Shown piece after piece: positions 1-11,446 of a stretch of DNA of 64,000 bases. The stretch lies in contig CAJINV010000003.1 of NCBI GenBank assembly GCA_905178155.1, positions 10,411,732-10,475,731 on the forward strand. Reading direction: 5' to 3'. This stretch comes from Amoebophrya sp. A120. Its lineage: Eukaryota; Protista; Dinoflagellata. Below the pieces are notes generated by a model, which saw only the letters and a program-made list of their open reading frames with translations, did not search any database and had not been told where the DNA came from. Numbering within the stretch: the stretch's first letter is position 1; every line of letters begins with the position of its first letter. The position numbers and the translations under genes are program-made.

Positions 1-237
1 GGCTTGCCGCCACGCAAACGCGCGCCCAGTGCGGGCGGGGTCCTCGCGCTCGCGCAACGACGGGAACCACGGGCGCCCCATGGCGCTCCGCCTTCGTTCG
101 TTCAGCAAGAAGCGGCGCAGATGCCTGGCCCCGTCCTGCATCAAAAATTTTCTCCCTTGCCCACCCTCTGGCGTTTTTCTTTCCCCCCTGTCCACTCGTT
201 CACCCTCCCACTACGCGACATAAGCTGCAGCCTTGTA
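1..237. mobile_element. Right end of a non-autonomous TIR element (second copy of the 8719-10943 family), apparently in an intron
   Basis: 1-237 aligns closely with 10709-10943; similarity stops at ...CCTTGTA in both copies. Confidence 0.8.
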
Positions 238-291
238 TTTACTTATTGACCTCGGAATGTTGGTAGTTCTGTTCTGGTTATTGTGCCGCAG

Positions 292-707
292 GGAGCTGCC
301 CTGAGAGTGAGACAGCGTGCGAGGTTTTGTGCCTGGCTTCCGATCGAAGCATCTGATTTGTTGAAATTTTTCATCATATCAAGAAGGGACAGCATAATTA
401 CCATCCTTTCAGGTCCAAAGTTTACGATATCAGCAGAAAGACCGAACAGCAACTGACCCCGCAAAGCAGCCCCAACAAACTGAAAGCGACAAAGTTGAAC
501 AAAAAGGGCCCTCAATTCGAAGACGGGTACACGCGGTTGCAAGAAGATCGGCCTCCCATAACCGACGTGATCAATTTGAGGCCGGGCGTCGTTCTGAGCG
601 AAGCTGGACGCAAAATATCCGGTCCGCAGCTGCGGGAGAAGAATATGACGCTGGCAAATTACAAGAAAATGGTGGATGCGGAAAAACCCTATCAGTTCAT
701 TCCCTGA
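292..707 (+). CDS. Last exons (292-323, 413-707) of an uncharacterised protein
   Basis: GT-AG intron 324-412 joins GAALRVRQRAR|SKVYD...PPITDVINLRPGVVLSEAGRKISGP...QFIP* in frame. Confidence 0.55.
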
Positions 708-1719
708 TAGAATTCGGATCTCCACGAAGATATTATCTATCAACGAACCAACTACATCCACAACTTCTACCTCGTCTCCCGGAACATCAAGAAGTTGCTT
801 TTAAAAGTAAAGATCCACCAAGCTGCGGGTGCGGCTTCTCGTTTCGTTCTGGTTTCAACGCCATCTAGCGAACTCAGCTCGTCTCCGCGATGTCACAATT
901 TGTGGTGCCTCCTCCTTCATGTCCTTTCGCCCTATACGCTGGTTGTCCTGCATACAACGGCCTGCGCTGACGCTGTTAGATGTCCGCACTGTAGTGATCT
1001 TACGGACTCGACTTACCACGAGAAATCCGCACAGTCCTGCTTCATCTAGCGTAAGTCTTCACGTGTTGGATCGTGGTGCTTGCGACTAGAACGAAAAGAA
1101 AAGATAGGCCGCGCTTTTCCCGGCAATTTTCACCACGAAGAACAGAGGACAAACGTGCAGAATTTTCGTGATATCATGACGATGAACAAGAACAACAAAC
1201 AACAGTAACGCGTTCGGGGGCGTCGTGGCGCTGCCTGTCATCAAACAGGACGTCAAAAGGGAATGAGGTCACTGCAAGTTTGTGAAGATTTTTACGACTT
1301 CTACGAAGTAACTAATGTGAATGAGAATGCGACTTCGGCAATAGTGACGCTTGGGCTCCGATCAAAGCTTGTTGCTATCAGGAGATGAAGACTGGTGGAG
1401 GACCGGTGCTCATCGTGTCGACTCCTAGTATGGATGCGTTCGTGTCTTTCTCTTTCATCAACGGAAGTAGGCATTTCTAGAAGAAATGCAATTGTCAGTT
1501 AGCATGGCTAAATAGCAAATCAAAGAGAAAAAAGCGGCGGGCCCAAAAGCAAAACAAAGCGCCGGCACGCTCAATGTGCTTCGTTGTATTGGTCGCTTCC
1601 TTTCCGGCGCACCCAATCTGATCGTCCCGGCTCCGAGGTTCCCGATCTGGTCGCCCCGGCTTTGACCTGCCCAATCTGGTCAACCCGGCCCCGAAGGTGC
1701 ATGGATGTGACTCGATGGC

Positions 1720-2105
1720 GTCGGGCAACTTCTGACCGACGGCCGTCGGGCGACTTTCGGCTGTCCGTCGATGGCGTCGGACAACTTTTGAGCCGTCGCG
1801 CGACTTTTGGCTGTCCGACGGCCCTCGGGCGACTTTTGGCCGTCAGCGGGCGTCGGGCGACTTTTGGCCGTCCGACGGCCGCCGGACAACCGAAAGTCGT
1901 CCGACGGCTGAGAAGTTGTCAGACGGGCGGCCGTCGGACGACTTTTGCCTGTTCGACGGCCGTCGGACAACTTCTGAGCCGTTGGACGACTCTCGGCTGT
2001 CCGACGGCCGTCGCGCAATTTCTGAGCCGTCGGGTGACTTTTGGTTGTCCGACGGCGGTCGGGCGACTTTTGGCGGTCCGACGGCCGTCGGACGACTTTT
2101 GTCTC
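1720..2105. repeat. Degenerate tandem array of ~25-bp units built on the palindrome CCGACGGCCGTCGG
   Basis: Repeated CCGACGGCCGTCGGRCGACTTTTGG variants. Confidence 0.85.
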
Positions 2106-2330
2106 AAACTCAAACTAACTGGAGCTTGGGGTTTAGGGCAAAGGCGTGTCCTCACGTCAGAGGGGCGTCCACACCGCCTCCTCCTAGTCGTGTCCCAGTT
2201 CGCGAAAAGATGTAAGCCGTCGTCTGTCTATCGAGGGTTGAGGTAAGAGGCTCCGCCAATCGCCACCTATCTAAAGCTAAAAAGCCCGTCGTGTGCCAGG
2301 TTGCGAACAGATGCAAGCCCGCTCCTGTCT

Positions 2331-5300
2331 ATCGAGGAATTGAGTAAGAGGCAACGCCAATCGCCACCTAATTCCGTCCGTCCGGCCGTATCTCAGAATC
2401 AAACTCGAGCTTCTATCTGAAACTCGAACGTGTATCTCACACTCAAACTGGAGCTTGTCTATCGAGGGTTGAGGTAAGAGGCAACGCCAATCGCCACCTA
2501 ATTCCGTCCGTCCGGCCGTATCTCAGAATCAAACTCGAGCTTCTATCTGAAACTCGAACGTGTATCTCACACTCAAACTGGAGCTTGTCTATCGAGGGTT
2601 GAGGTAAGAGGCAACGCCAATCGCCACCTAATTCCGTCCGTCCGGCCGTATCTCAGAATCAAACTCGAGCTTCTATCTGAAACTCGAACGTGTATCTCAC
2701 ACTCAAACTGGAGCTTGTCTATCGAGGGTTGAGGTAAGAGGCAACGCCAATCGCCACCTAATTCCGTCCGTCCGGCCGTATCTCAGAATCAAACTCGAGC
2801 TTCTATCTGAAACTCGAACGTGTATCTCACACTCAAACTGGAGCTTGTCTATCGAGGGTTGAGGTAAGAGGCAACGCCAATCGCCACCTAATTCCGTCCG
2901 TCCGGCCGTATCTCAGAATCAAACTCGAGCTTCTATCTGAAACTCGAACGTGTATCTCACACTCAAACTGGAGCTTGTCTATCGAGGGTTGAGGTAAGAG
3001 GCAACGCCAATCGCCACCTAATTCCGTCCGTCCGGCCGTATCTCAGAATCAAACTCGAGCTTCTATCTGAAACTCGAACGTGTATCTCACACTCAAACTG
3101 GAGCTTGTCTATCGAGGGTTGAGGTAAGAGGCAACGCCAATCGCCACCTAATTCCGTCCGTCCGGCCGTATCTCAGAATCAAACTCGAGCTTCTATCTGA
3201 AACTCGAACGTGTATCTCACACTCAAACTGGAGCTTGTCTATCGAGGGTTGAGGTAAGAGGCAACGCCAATCGCCACCTAATTCCGTCCGTCCGGCCGTA
3301 TCTCAGAATCAAACTCGAGCTTCTATCTGAAACTCGAACGTGTATCTCACACTCAAACTGGAGCTTGTCTATCGAGGGTTGAGGTAAGAGGCAACGCCAA
3401 TCGCCACCTAATTCCGTCCGTCCGGCCGTATCTCAGAATCAAACTCGAGCTTCTATCTGAAACTCGAACGTGTATCTCACACTCAAACTGGAGCTTGTCT
3501 ATCGAGGGTTGAGGTAAGAGGCAACGCCAATCGCCACCTAATTCCGTCCGTCCGGCCGTATCTCAGAATCAAACTCGAGCTTCTATCTGAAACTCGAACG
3601 TGTATCTCACACTCAAACTGGAGCTTGTCTATCGAGGGTTGAGGTAAGAGGCAACGCCAATCGCCACCTAATTCCGTCCGTCCGGCCGTATCTCAGAATC
3701 AAACTCGAGCTTCTATCTGAAACTCGAACGTGTATCTCACACTCAAACTGGAGCTTGTCTATCGAGGGTTGAGGTAAGAGGCAACGCCAATCGCCACCTA
3801 ATTCCGTCCGTCCGGCCGTATCTCAGAATCAAACTCGAGCTTCTATCTGAAACTCGAACGTGTATCTCACACTCAAACTGGAGCTTGTCTATCGAGGGTT
3901 GAGGTAAGAGGCAACGCCAATCGCCACCTAATTCCGTCCGTCCGGCCGTATCTCAGAATCAAACTCGAGCTTCTATCTGAAACTCGAACGTGTATCTCAC
4001 ACTCAAACTGGAGCTTGTCTATCGAGGGTTGAGGTAAGAGGCAACGCCAATCGCCACCTAATTCCGTCCGTCCGGCCGTATCTCAGAATCAAACTCGAGC
4101 TTCTATCTGAAACTCGAACGTGTATCTCACACTCAAACTGGAGCTTGTCTATCGAGGGTTGAGGTAAGAGGCAACGCCAATCGCCACCTAATTCCGTCCG
4201 TCCGGCCGTATCTCAGAATCAAACTCGAGCTTCTATCTGAAACTCGAACGTGTATCTCACACTCAAACTGGAGCTTGTCTATCGAGGGTTGAGGTAAGAG
4301 GCAACGCCAATCGCCACCTAATTCCGTCCGTCCGGCCGTATCTCAGAATCAAACTCGAGCTTCTATCTGAAACTCGAACGTGTATCTCACACTCAAACTG
4401 GAGCTTGTCTATCGAGGGTTGAGGTAAGAGGCAACGCCAATCGCCACCTAATTCCGTCCGTCCGGCCGTATCTCAGAATCAAACTCGAGCTTCTATCTGA
4501 AACTCGAACGTGTATCTCACACTCAAACTGGAGCTTGTCTATCGAGGGTTGAGGTAAGAGGCAACGCCAATCGCCACCTAATTCCGTCCGTCCGGCCGTA
4601 TCTCAGAATCAAACTCGAGCTTCTATCTGAAACTCGAACGTGTATCTCACACTCAAACTGGAGCTTGTCTATCGAGGGTTGAGGTAAGAGGCAACGCCAA
4701 TCGCCACCTAATTCCGTCCGTCCGGCCGTATCTCAGAATCAAACTCGAGCTTCTATCTGAAACTCGAACGTGTATCTCACACTCAAACTGGAGCTTGTCT
4801 ATCGAGGGTTGAGGTAAGAGGCAACGCCAATCGCCACCTAATTCCGTCCGTCCGGCCGTATCTCAGAATCAAACTCGAGCTTCTATCTGAAACTCGAACG
4901 TGTATCTCACACTCAAACTGGAGCTTGTCTATCGAGGGTTGAGGTAAGAGGCAACGCCAATCGCCACCTAATTCCGTCCGTCCGGCCGTATCTCAGAATC
5001 AAACTCGAGCTTCTATCTGAAACTCGAACGTGTATCTCACACTCAAACTGGAGCTTGTCTATCGAGGGTTGAGGTAAGAGGCAACGCCAATCGCCACCTA
5101 ATTCCGTCCGTCCGGCCGTATCTCAGAATCAAACTCGAGCTTCTATCTGAAACTCGAACGTGTATCTCACACTCAAACTGGAGCTTGTCTATCGAGGGTT
5201 GAGGTAAGAGGCAACGCCAATCGCCACCTAATTCCGTCCGTCCGGCCGTATCTCAGAATCAAACTCGAGCTTCTATCTGAAACTCGAACGTGTATCTCAC

Positions 5301-8300
5301 ACTCAAACTGGAGCTTGTCTATCGAGGGTTGAGGTAAGAGGCAACGCCAATCGCCACCTAATTCCGTCCGTCCGGCCGTATCTCAGAATCAAACTCGAGC
5401 TTCTATCTGAAACTCGAACGTGTATCTCACACTCAAACTGGAGCTTGTCTATCGAGGGTTGAGGTAAGAGGCAACGCCAATCGCCACCTAATTCCGTCCG
5501 TCCGGCCGTATCTCAGAATCAAACTCGAGCTTCTATCTGAAACTCGAACGTGTATCTCACACTCAAACTGGAGCTTGTCTATCGAGGGTTGAGGTAAGAG
5601 GCAACGCCAATCGCCACCTAATTCCGTCCGTCCGGCCGTATCTCAGAATCAAACTCGAGCTTCTATCTGAAACTCGAACGTGTATCTCACACTCAAACTG
5701 GAGCTTGTCTATCGAGGGTTGAGGTAAGAGGCAACGCCAATCGCCACCTAATTCCGTCCGTCCGGCCGTATCTCAGAATCAAACTCGAGCTTCTATCTGA
5801 AACTCGAACGTGTATCTCACACTCAAACTGGAGCTTGTCTATCGAGGGTTGAGGTAAGAGGCAACGCCAATCGCCACCTAATTCCGTCCGTCCGGCCGTA
5901 TCTCAGAATCAAACTCGAGCTTCTATCTGAAACTCGAACGTGTATCTCACACTCAAACTGGAGCTTGTCTATCGAGGGTTGAGGTAAGAGGCAACGCCAA
6001 TCGCCACCTAATTCCGTCCGTCCGGCCGTATCTCAGAATCAAACTCGAGCTTCTATCTGAAACTCGAACGTGTATCTCACACTCAAACTGGAGCTTGTCT
6101 ATCGAGGGTTGAGGTAAGAGGCAACGCCAATCGCCACCTAATTCCGTCCGTCCGGCCGTATCTCAGAATCAAACTCGAGCTTCTATCTGAAACTCGAACG
6201 TGTATCTCACACTCAAACTGGAGCTTGTCTATCGAGGGTTGAGGTAAGAGGCAACGCCAATCGCCACCTAATTCCGTCCGTCCGGCCGTATCTCAGAATC
6301 AAACTCGAGCTTCTATCTGAAACTCGAACGTGTATCTCACACTCAAACTGGAGCTTGTCTATCGAGGGTTGAGGTAAGAGGCAACGCCAATCGCCACCTA
6401 ATTCCGTCCGTCCGGCCGTATCTCAGAATCAAACTCGAGCTTCTATCTGAAACTCGAACGTGTATCTCACACTCAAACTGGAGCTTGTCTATCGAGGGTT
6501 GAGGTAAGAGGCAACGCCAATCGCCACCTAATTCCGTCCGTCCGGCCGTATCTCAGAATCAAACTCGAGCTTCTATCTGAAACTCGAACGTGTATCTCAC
6601 ACTCAAACTGGAGCTTGTCTATCGAGGGTTGAGGTAAGAGGCAACGCCAATCGCCACCTAATTCCGTCCGTCCGGCCGTATCTCAGAATCAAACTCGAGC
6701 TTCTATCTGAAACTCGAACGTGTATCTCACACTCAAACTGGAGCTTGTCTATCGAGGGTTGAGGTAAGAGGCAACGCCAATCGCCACCTAATTCCGTCCG
6801 TCCGGCCGTATCTCAGAATCAAACTCGAGCTTCTATCTGAAACTCGAACGTGTATCTCACACTCAAACTGGAGCTTGTCTATCGAGGGTTGAGGTAAGAG
6901 GCAACGCCAATCGCCACCTAATTCCGTCCGTCCGGCCGTATCTCAGAATCAAACTCGAGCTTCTATCTGAAACTCGAACGTGTATCTCACACTCAAACTG
7001 GAGCTTGTCTATCGAGGGTTGAGGTAAGAGGCAACGCCAATCGCCACCTAATTCCGTCCGTCCGGCCGTATCTCAGAATCAAACTCGAGCTTCTATCTGA
7101 AACTCGAACGTGTATCTCACACTCAAACTGGAGCTTGTCTATCGAGGGTTGAGGTAAGAGGCAACGCCAATCGCCACCTAATTCCGTCCGTCCGGCCGTA
7201 TCTCAGAATCAAACTCGAGCTTCTATCTGAAACTCGAACGTGTATCTCACACTCAAACTGGAGCTTGTCTATCGAGGGTTGAGGTAAGAGGCAACGCCAA
7301 TCGCCACCTAATTCCGTCCGTCCGGCCGTATCTCAGAATCAAACTCGAGCTTCTATCTGAAACTCGAACGTGTATCTCACACTCAAACTGGAGCTTGTCT
7401 ATCGAGGGTTGAGGTAAGAGGCAACGCCAATCGCCACCTAATTCCGTCCGTCCGGCCGTATCTCAGAATCAAACTCGAGCTTCTATCTGAAACTCGAACG
7501 TGTATCTCACACTCAAACTGGAGCTTGTCTATCGAGGGTTGAGGTAAGAGGCAACGCCAATCGCCACCTAATTCCGTCCGTCCGGCCGTATCTCAGAATC
7601 AAACTCGAGCTTCTATCTGAAACTCGAACGTGTATCTCACACTCAAACTGGAGCTTGTCTATCGAGGGTTGAGGTAAGAGGCAACGCCAATCGCCACCTA
7701 ATTCCGTCCGTCCGGCCGTATCTCAGAATCAAACTCGAGCTTCTATCTGAAACTCGAACGTGTATCTCACACTCAAACTGGAGCTTGTCTATCGAGGGTT
7801 GAGGTAAGAGGCAACGCCAATCGCCACCTAATTCCGTCCGTCCGGCCGTATCTCAGAATCAAACTCGAGCTTCTATCTGAAACTCGAACGTGTATCTCAC
7901 ACTCAAACTGGAGCTTGTCTATCGAGGGTTGAGGTAAGAGGCAACGCCAATCGCCACCTAATTCCGTCCGTCCGGCCGTATCTCAGAATCAAACTCGAGC
8001 TTCTATCTGAAACTCGAACGTGTATCTCACACTCAAACTGGAGCTTGTCTATCGAGGGTTGAGGTAAGAGGCAACGCCAATCGCCACCTAATTCCGTCCG
8101 TCCGGCCGTATCTCAGAATCAAACTCGAGCTTCTATCTGAAACTCGAACGTGTATCTCACACTCAAACTGGAGCTTGTCTATCGAGGGTTGAGGTAAGAG
8201 GCAACGCCAATCGCCACCTAATTCCGTCCGTCCGGCCGTATCTCAGAATCAAACTCGAGCTTCTATCTGAAACTCGAACGTGTATCTCACACTCAAACTG

Positions 8301-8608
8301 GAGCTTGTCTATCGAGGGTTGAGGTAAGAGGCAACGCCAATCGCCACCTAATTCCGTCCGTCCGGCCGTATCTCAGAATCAAACTCGAGCTTCTATCTGA
8401 AACTCGAACGTGTATCTCACACTCAAACTGGAGCTTGTCTATCGAGGGTTGAGGTAAGAGGCAACGCCAATCGCCACCTAATTCCGTCCGTCCGGCCGTA
8501 TCTCAGAATCAAACTCGAGCTTCTATCTGAAACTCGAACGTGTATCTCACACTCAAACTGGAGCTTGTCTATCGAGGGTTGAGGTAAGAGGCAACGCCAA
8601 TCGCCACC
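2331..8608. repeat. 130-bp tandem satellite, ~48 copies
   Basis: ATCGAGGGTTGAGGTAAG... recurs every 130 nt from 2461 to 8571 (47 full units with no visible variants), plus a variant first unit at 2331 and a partial last unit. Confidence 0.98.
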
Positions 8609-8871
8609 GATCTAAAGCTAAGCGCTCGCATCTGAAACTCAAACTCGAACTTCGTTTTGAAACTCAAACTCTAAGAACTGACGTTTGCAATCTTTTAATC
8701 CATGGCAATTAATATCTATACAAGAAGTATAACTCCTATTGCTGAGCTGCGGAAGTTAGAACTTTGCAACAGGGAGGAAAATCGCCCACGCCGGAAATTT
8801 TTTCTCAATTTTCAAACTTTCCAAAGCTGTCGCGATTTGCGAGAACGGCCAACGGCCAACGGCCGACGGCC

Positions 8872-9040
8872 AACGGCGAATTGCCCAAGTCCCATCGCAG
8901 ACGGCGAATCGCCCAAATCCCATCGCAGACGGCGAATCGCCCAAGTCCCATCGCAGACGGCGAATCGCCCAAGTCCCATCGCACACGGCGAATCGCCCAA
9001 GTCCCATCGCAAACGGCGAATCGCCCAAGTCCCATCGCAA
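8872..9040. repeat. 28-bp minisatellite (CGCCCAAGTCCCATCGCAGACGGCGAAT), ~6 copies
   Basis: Direct tandem copies visible. Confidence 0.9.
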
Positions 9041-9044
9041 TTCG

Positions 9045-9330
9045 AAATATTTCGCAACTCGAAATTTTTTGCGGCTCAAAATATTTCGCAAGTCCAAATA
9101 TTTTGCGGCTCAAAATATTTCGCAAGTCCAAATATTTTGCGGCTCAAAATATTTTGCATGTCCAAATATTTTGCAAAGCAAAATATTTTGCGACCCAAAA
9201 TATTTTTCGGCCCAAAATATTTCGCGACTAAAATTTTTTTCGGCCGAAAATATTTCGCGACCGAAAATATTTTGCGACCCCAAATATTTTGCAATTCCCG
9301 AAAAATATTTTCCGGCGAAAATATTTTGCA
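9045..9330. repeat. Array of AAATATTT-centred short palindromic units
   Basis: Repeated AAAATATTTYGC variants every ~16-18 nt. Confidence 0.85.
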
Positions 9331-9529
9331 ACAAACCCCCGAAACCCTGCCTCCCCGGTTTTACAGCTTTGAAAGCGAAGAACGCGAGGAGGACGGGGAG
9401 CATCGGGAGAGTGGGAAACACGGGGAACGCGGGAAGCACGGGAAAAGCGGGCGGACAGAACCGGAAAGGCGGGGCAGAAAGCTAACAAAGGGCAAGGAAG
9501 CGGGCGGAGGGCACGGGGAAAACAGGCGC

Positions 9530-9760
9530 GGCGCACGGGGAAAGCGTGCGGGAAGCACGGGGACAGCGGGGGGCACGGGGAAAGAGGGGGGCACGGGGAA
9601 AGCGGGAAACACGGGGAAAGCGGGAAGCACGGGGAAAGCGGGAAGCACGGGGAAAGCGGGAAGCACGGGGAAGGCGGGAAGCACGGGGCGAGTGGAAAGC
9701 ACGGGGAAAGCGGGAAGCACGGGAAAAGCGGGAAGCGCGGGGAAGTAGGCGGGAAGCACG
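9530..9760. repeat. 18-bp G-rich minisatellite (CACGGGGAAAGCGGGAAG)
   Basis: About a dozen tandem variants; the source of the spurious GSTGKA and PAFPVL ORFs. Confidence 0.9.
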
Positions 9761-10015
9761 GGCGGAGGGCGCACAGACGGCGGGAGGCAAGGGGAACGCC
9801 GGCGGCGGCCAAGGAACAGGCGAGCAGCCCAGCTCGCTGCTCAGTCACCACCCTCCCCCGGCGCCCTCCCTCCGTTCGCGAAGATAGGGAAGCCGCGCCG
9901 AAGGCCAACACCAGGCTTGCTGGCGAGCAGCTGCCCACCACCCTCCCCCGGCGCCCTCCCTCTGTTCATGAGGAGACCGGCAGAGGGCGCCACCGTCCGC
10001 CGTCTCTGTCTCGGA

Positions 10016-10604
10016 GGGTGCGCGCGGGGGAAGCAGGGGGGGGGGGCGGAACAGATTGCATGCGAGCTACCGCGGGGGGCGCCATTGTTGTCCGGGGGTG
10101 CTGGGGGAGGGTGGTGGGCCCCTGCGCCTTGGGGGCAATAAATGCCTCGCCCCGGCGCCCGTCCTCCATCCACGCGCGCGGCAGGGGCCCAAGCGAGCCC
10201 CTGTTCTGCAAGGCTGCGCGCGGGAGAGCGCGGGGCGGGTGGGGCACAGAGGCAGGCGGGGCACACAGGCACGCGGCACGAACGGGCCACACCGCAAACG
10301 CACGGGCGGGGCAGGGTGCGCGCGGGGGAAGCAGGGGGGGGGCGGAACAGATTGCATGCGAGCTACCGCGGGGGGCGCCATTGTTGTCCGGGGGTGCTGG
10401 GGGAGGGTGGTGGGCCCCTGCGCCATGGGGGCAATAAATGCCCCGCCCCGGCGCCCGTCCTCCATCCACGCGCGCGGCAGGGGCCCAAGCGAGCCCCTGT
10501 TCTGCAAGGCTGCGCGCGGGAGAGGGGCGGATGGGGCACACAGGCAGGCGGGGCACACAGGCACGCGACACGAACGAGCCACACCGCAAACGCACGGGCG
10601 GGGC
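10016..10604. repeat. ~300-bp tandem duplication
   Basis: 10016-10313 is repeated at 10314-10604 with few differences. Confidence 0.9.
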
Positions 10605-11446
10605 GGCACGCGCCTGCGCCTCGCATGGCGCGCACTGTTCCCCTGCTTCCTTTCCCCGGCCATTGGCGCCCGCCCGCTGCCGCGCTTTGCGTTGTTGCTT
10701 GGGCCTATGGCTTCCGGCAAGGCACACGCGCGCCCAGTGCGGGCGAGGTCCTCGCGCCCGAGCAACAACTGGACCCACGGGCGCCATGGTGCTCCGCCTT
10801 CGTTCCTTCAGCAAGAAGCGGCGCAGATGCCTGGCTCCGCCCTGCTTCAAAAAGTTTTTCCCTTGCCCACCCCATGGCGTTTTTCTTTCCCCCCTGTCCA
10901 CTCGTTCACCCTCCCACTACGCGGCATAAGCTGCGGCCTTGTAAGACTAATGATTCATCATGAAAGCGATGCACTTGCACAGGCAAGTAAAAGTATCCTT
11001 GCTGCTCCGCAAAGTGAGATAGGAAAAATCAAGAGAATGCTGGAGCGATCGCGATTCAACAGAAATATATAAAATGCAAATTGCGAGTCAGGCACTTCGA
11101 ATGGTGGATCACAAACGAAAGAAATAAATCGACGAAATAAAGATAGAGAGAAAACGCGCAACATGGTGTTGGTTGCCGCAAAACCTACCTGAGGCGATGG
11201 AAAAATGAGGGCAAGCAAGAACATGTTGTTTTCTGGCTTTTTTGGTTTCTAAGTCTAAATTGTGCGGTCTAGGTGTAATTCTTGACCACCACTGGTTTGC
11301 ATGTGCATTCTTGTTGCTCCTGATATCGGCCTCCTGCGGCTGCACTCATCTTTGACTTGCTATGTCTTCTGGGAAGACACTGGTGCATCGCGCTAACTTC
11401 AGTCCTTGACCATCCTTAACTGTTTTTCGCAGTTGTGCTGAGAACT

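Larger units (their letters stand above)
8719..10943. mobile_element. Non-autonomous TIR element with internal minisatellites
   Basis: Ends TACAAG...CTTGTA (or CAAG/CTTG with TA duplication); right end shared with 1-237; no transposase ORF. Confidence 0.7.

Noticed and set aside
2461-2590. Spliced-leader RNA or 5S rRNA gene array
   Set aside because: Has an AG|GTAAG site but no match to the dinoflagellate SL (DCCGTAGCCATTTTGGCTCAAG) or to 5S
2331-8608. CRISPR array
   Set aside because: Units are identical with no variable spacers, there are no cas genes, and the context is eukaryotic
8702-11072. Long ORFs (348 aa, 338 aa, 311 aa and others)
   Set aside because: Translations of minisatellites and GC-rich duplications, open in several frames
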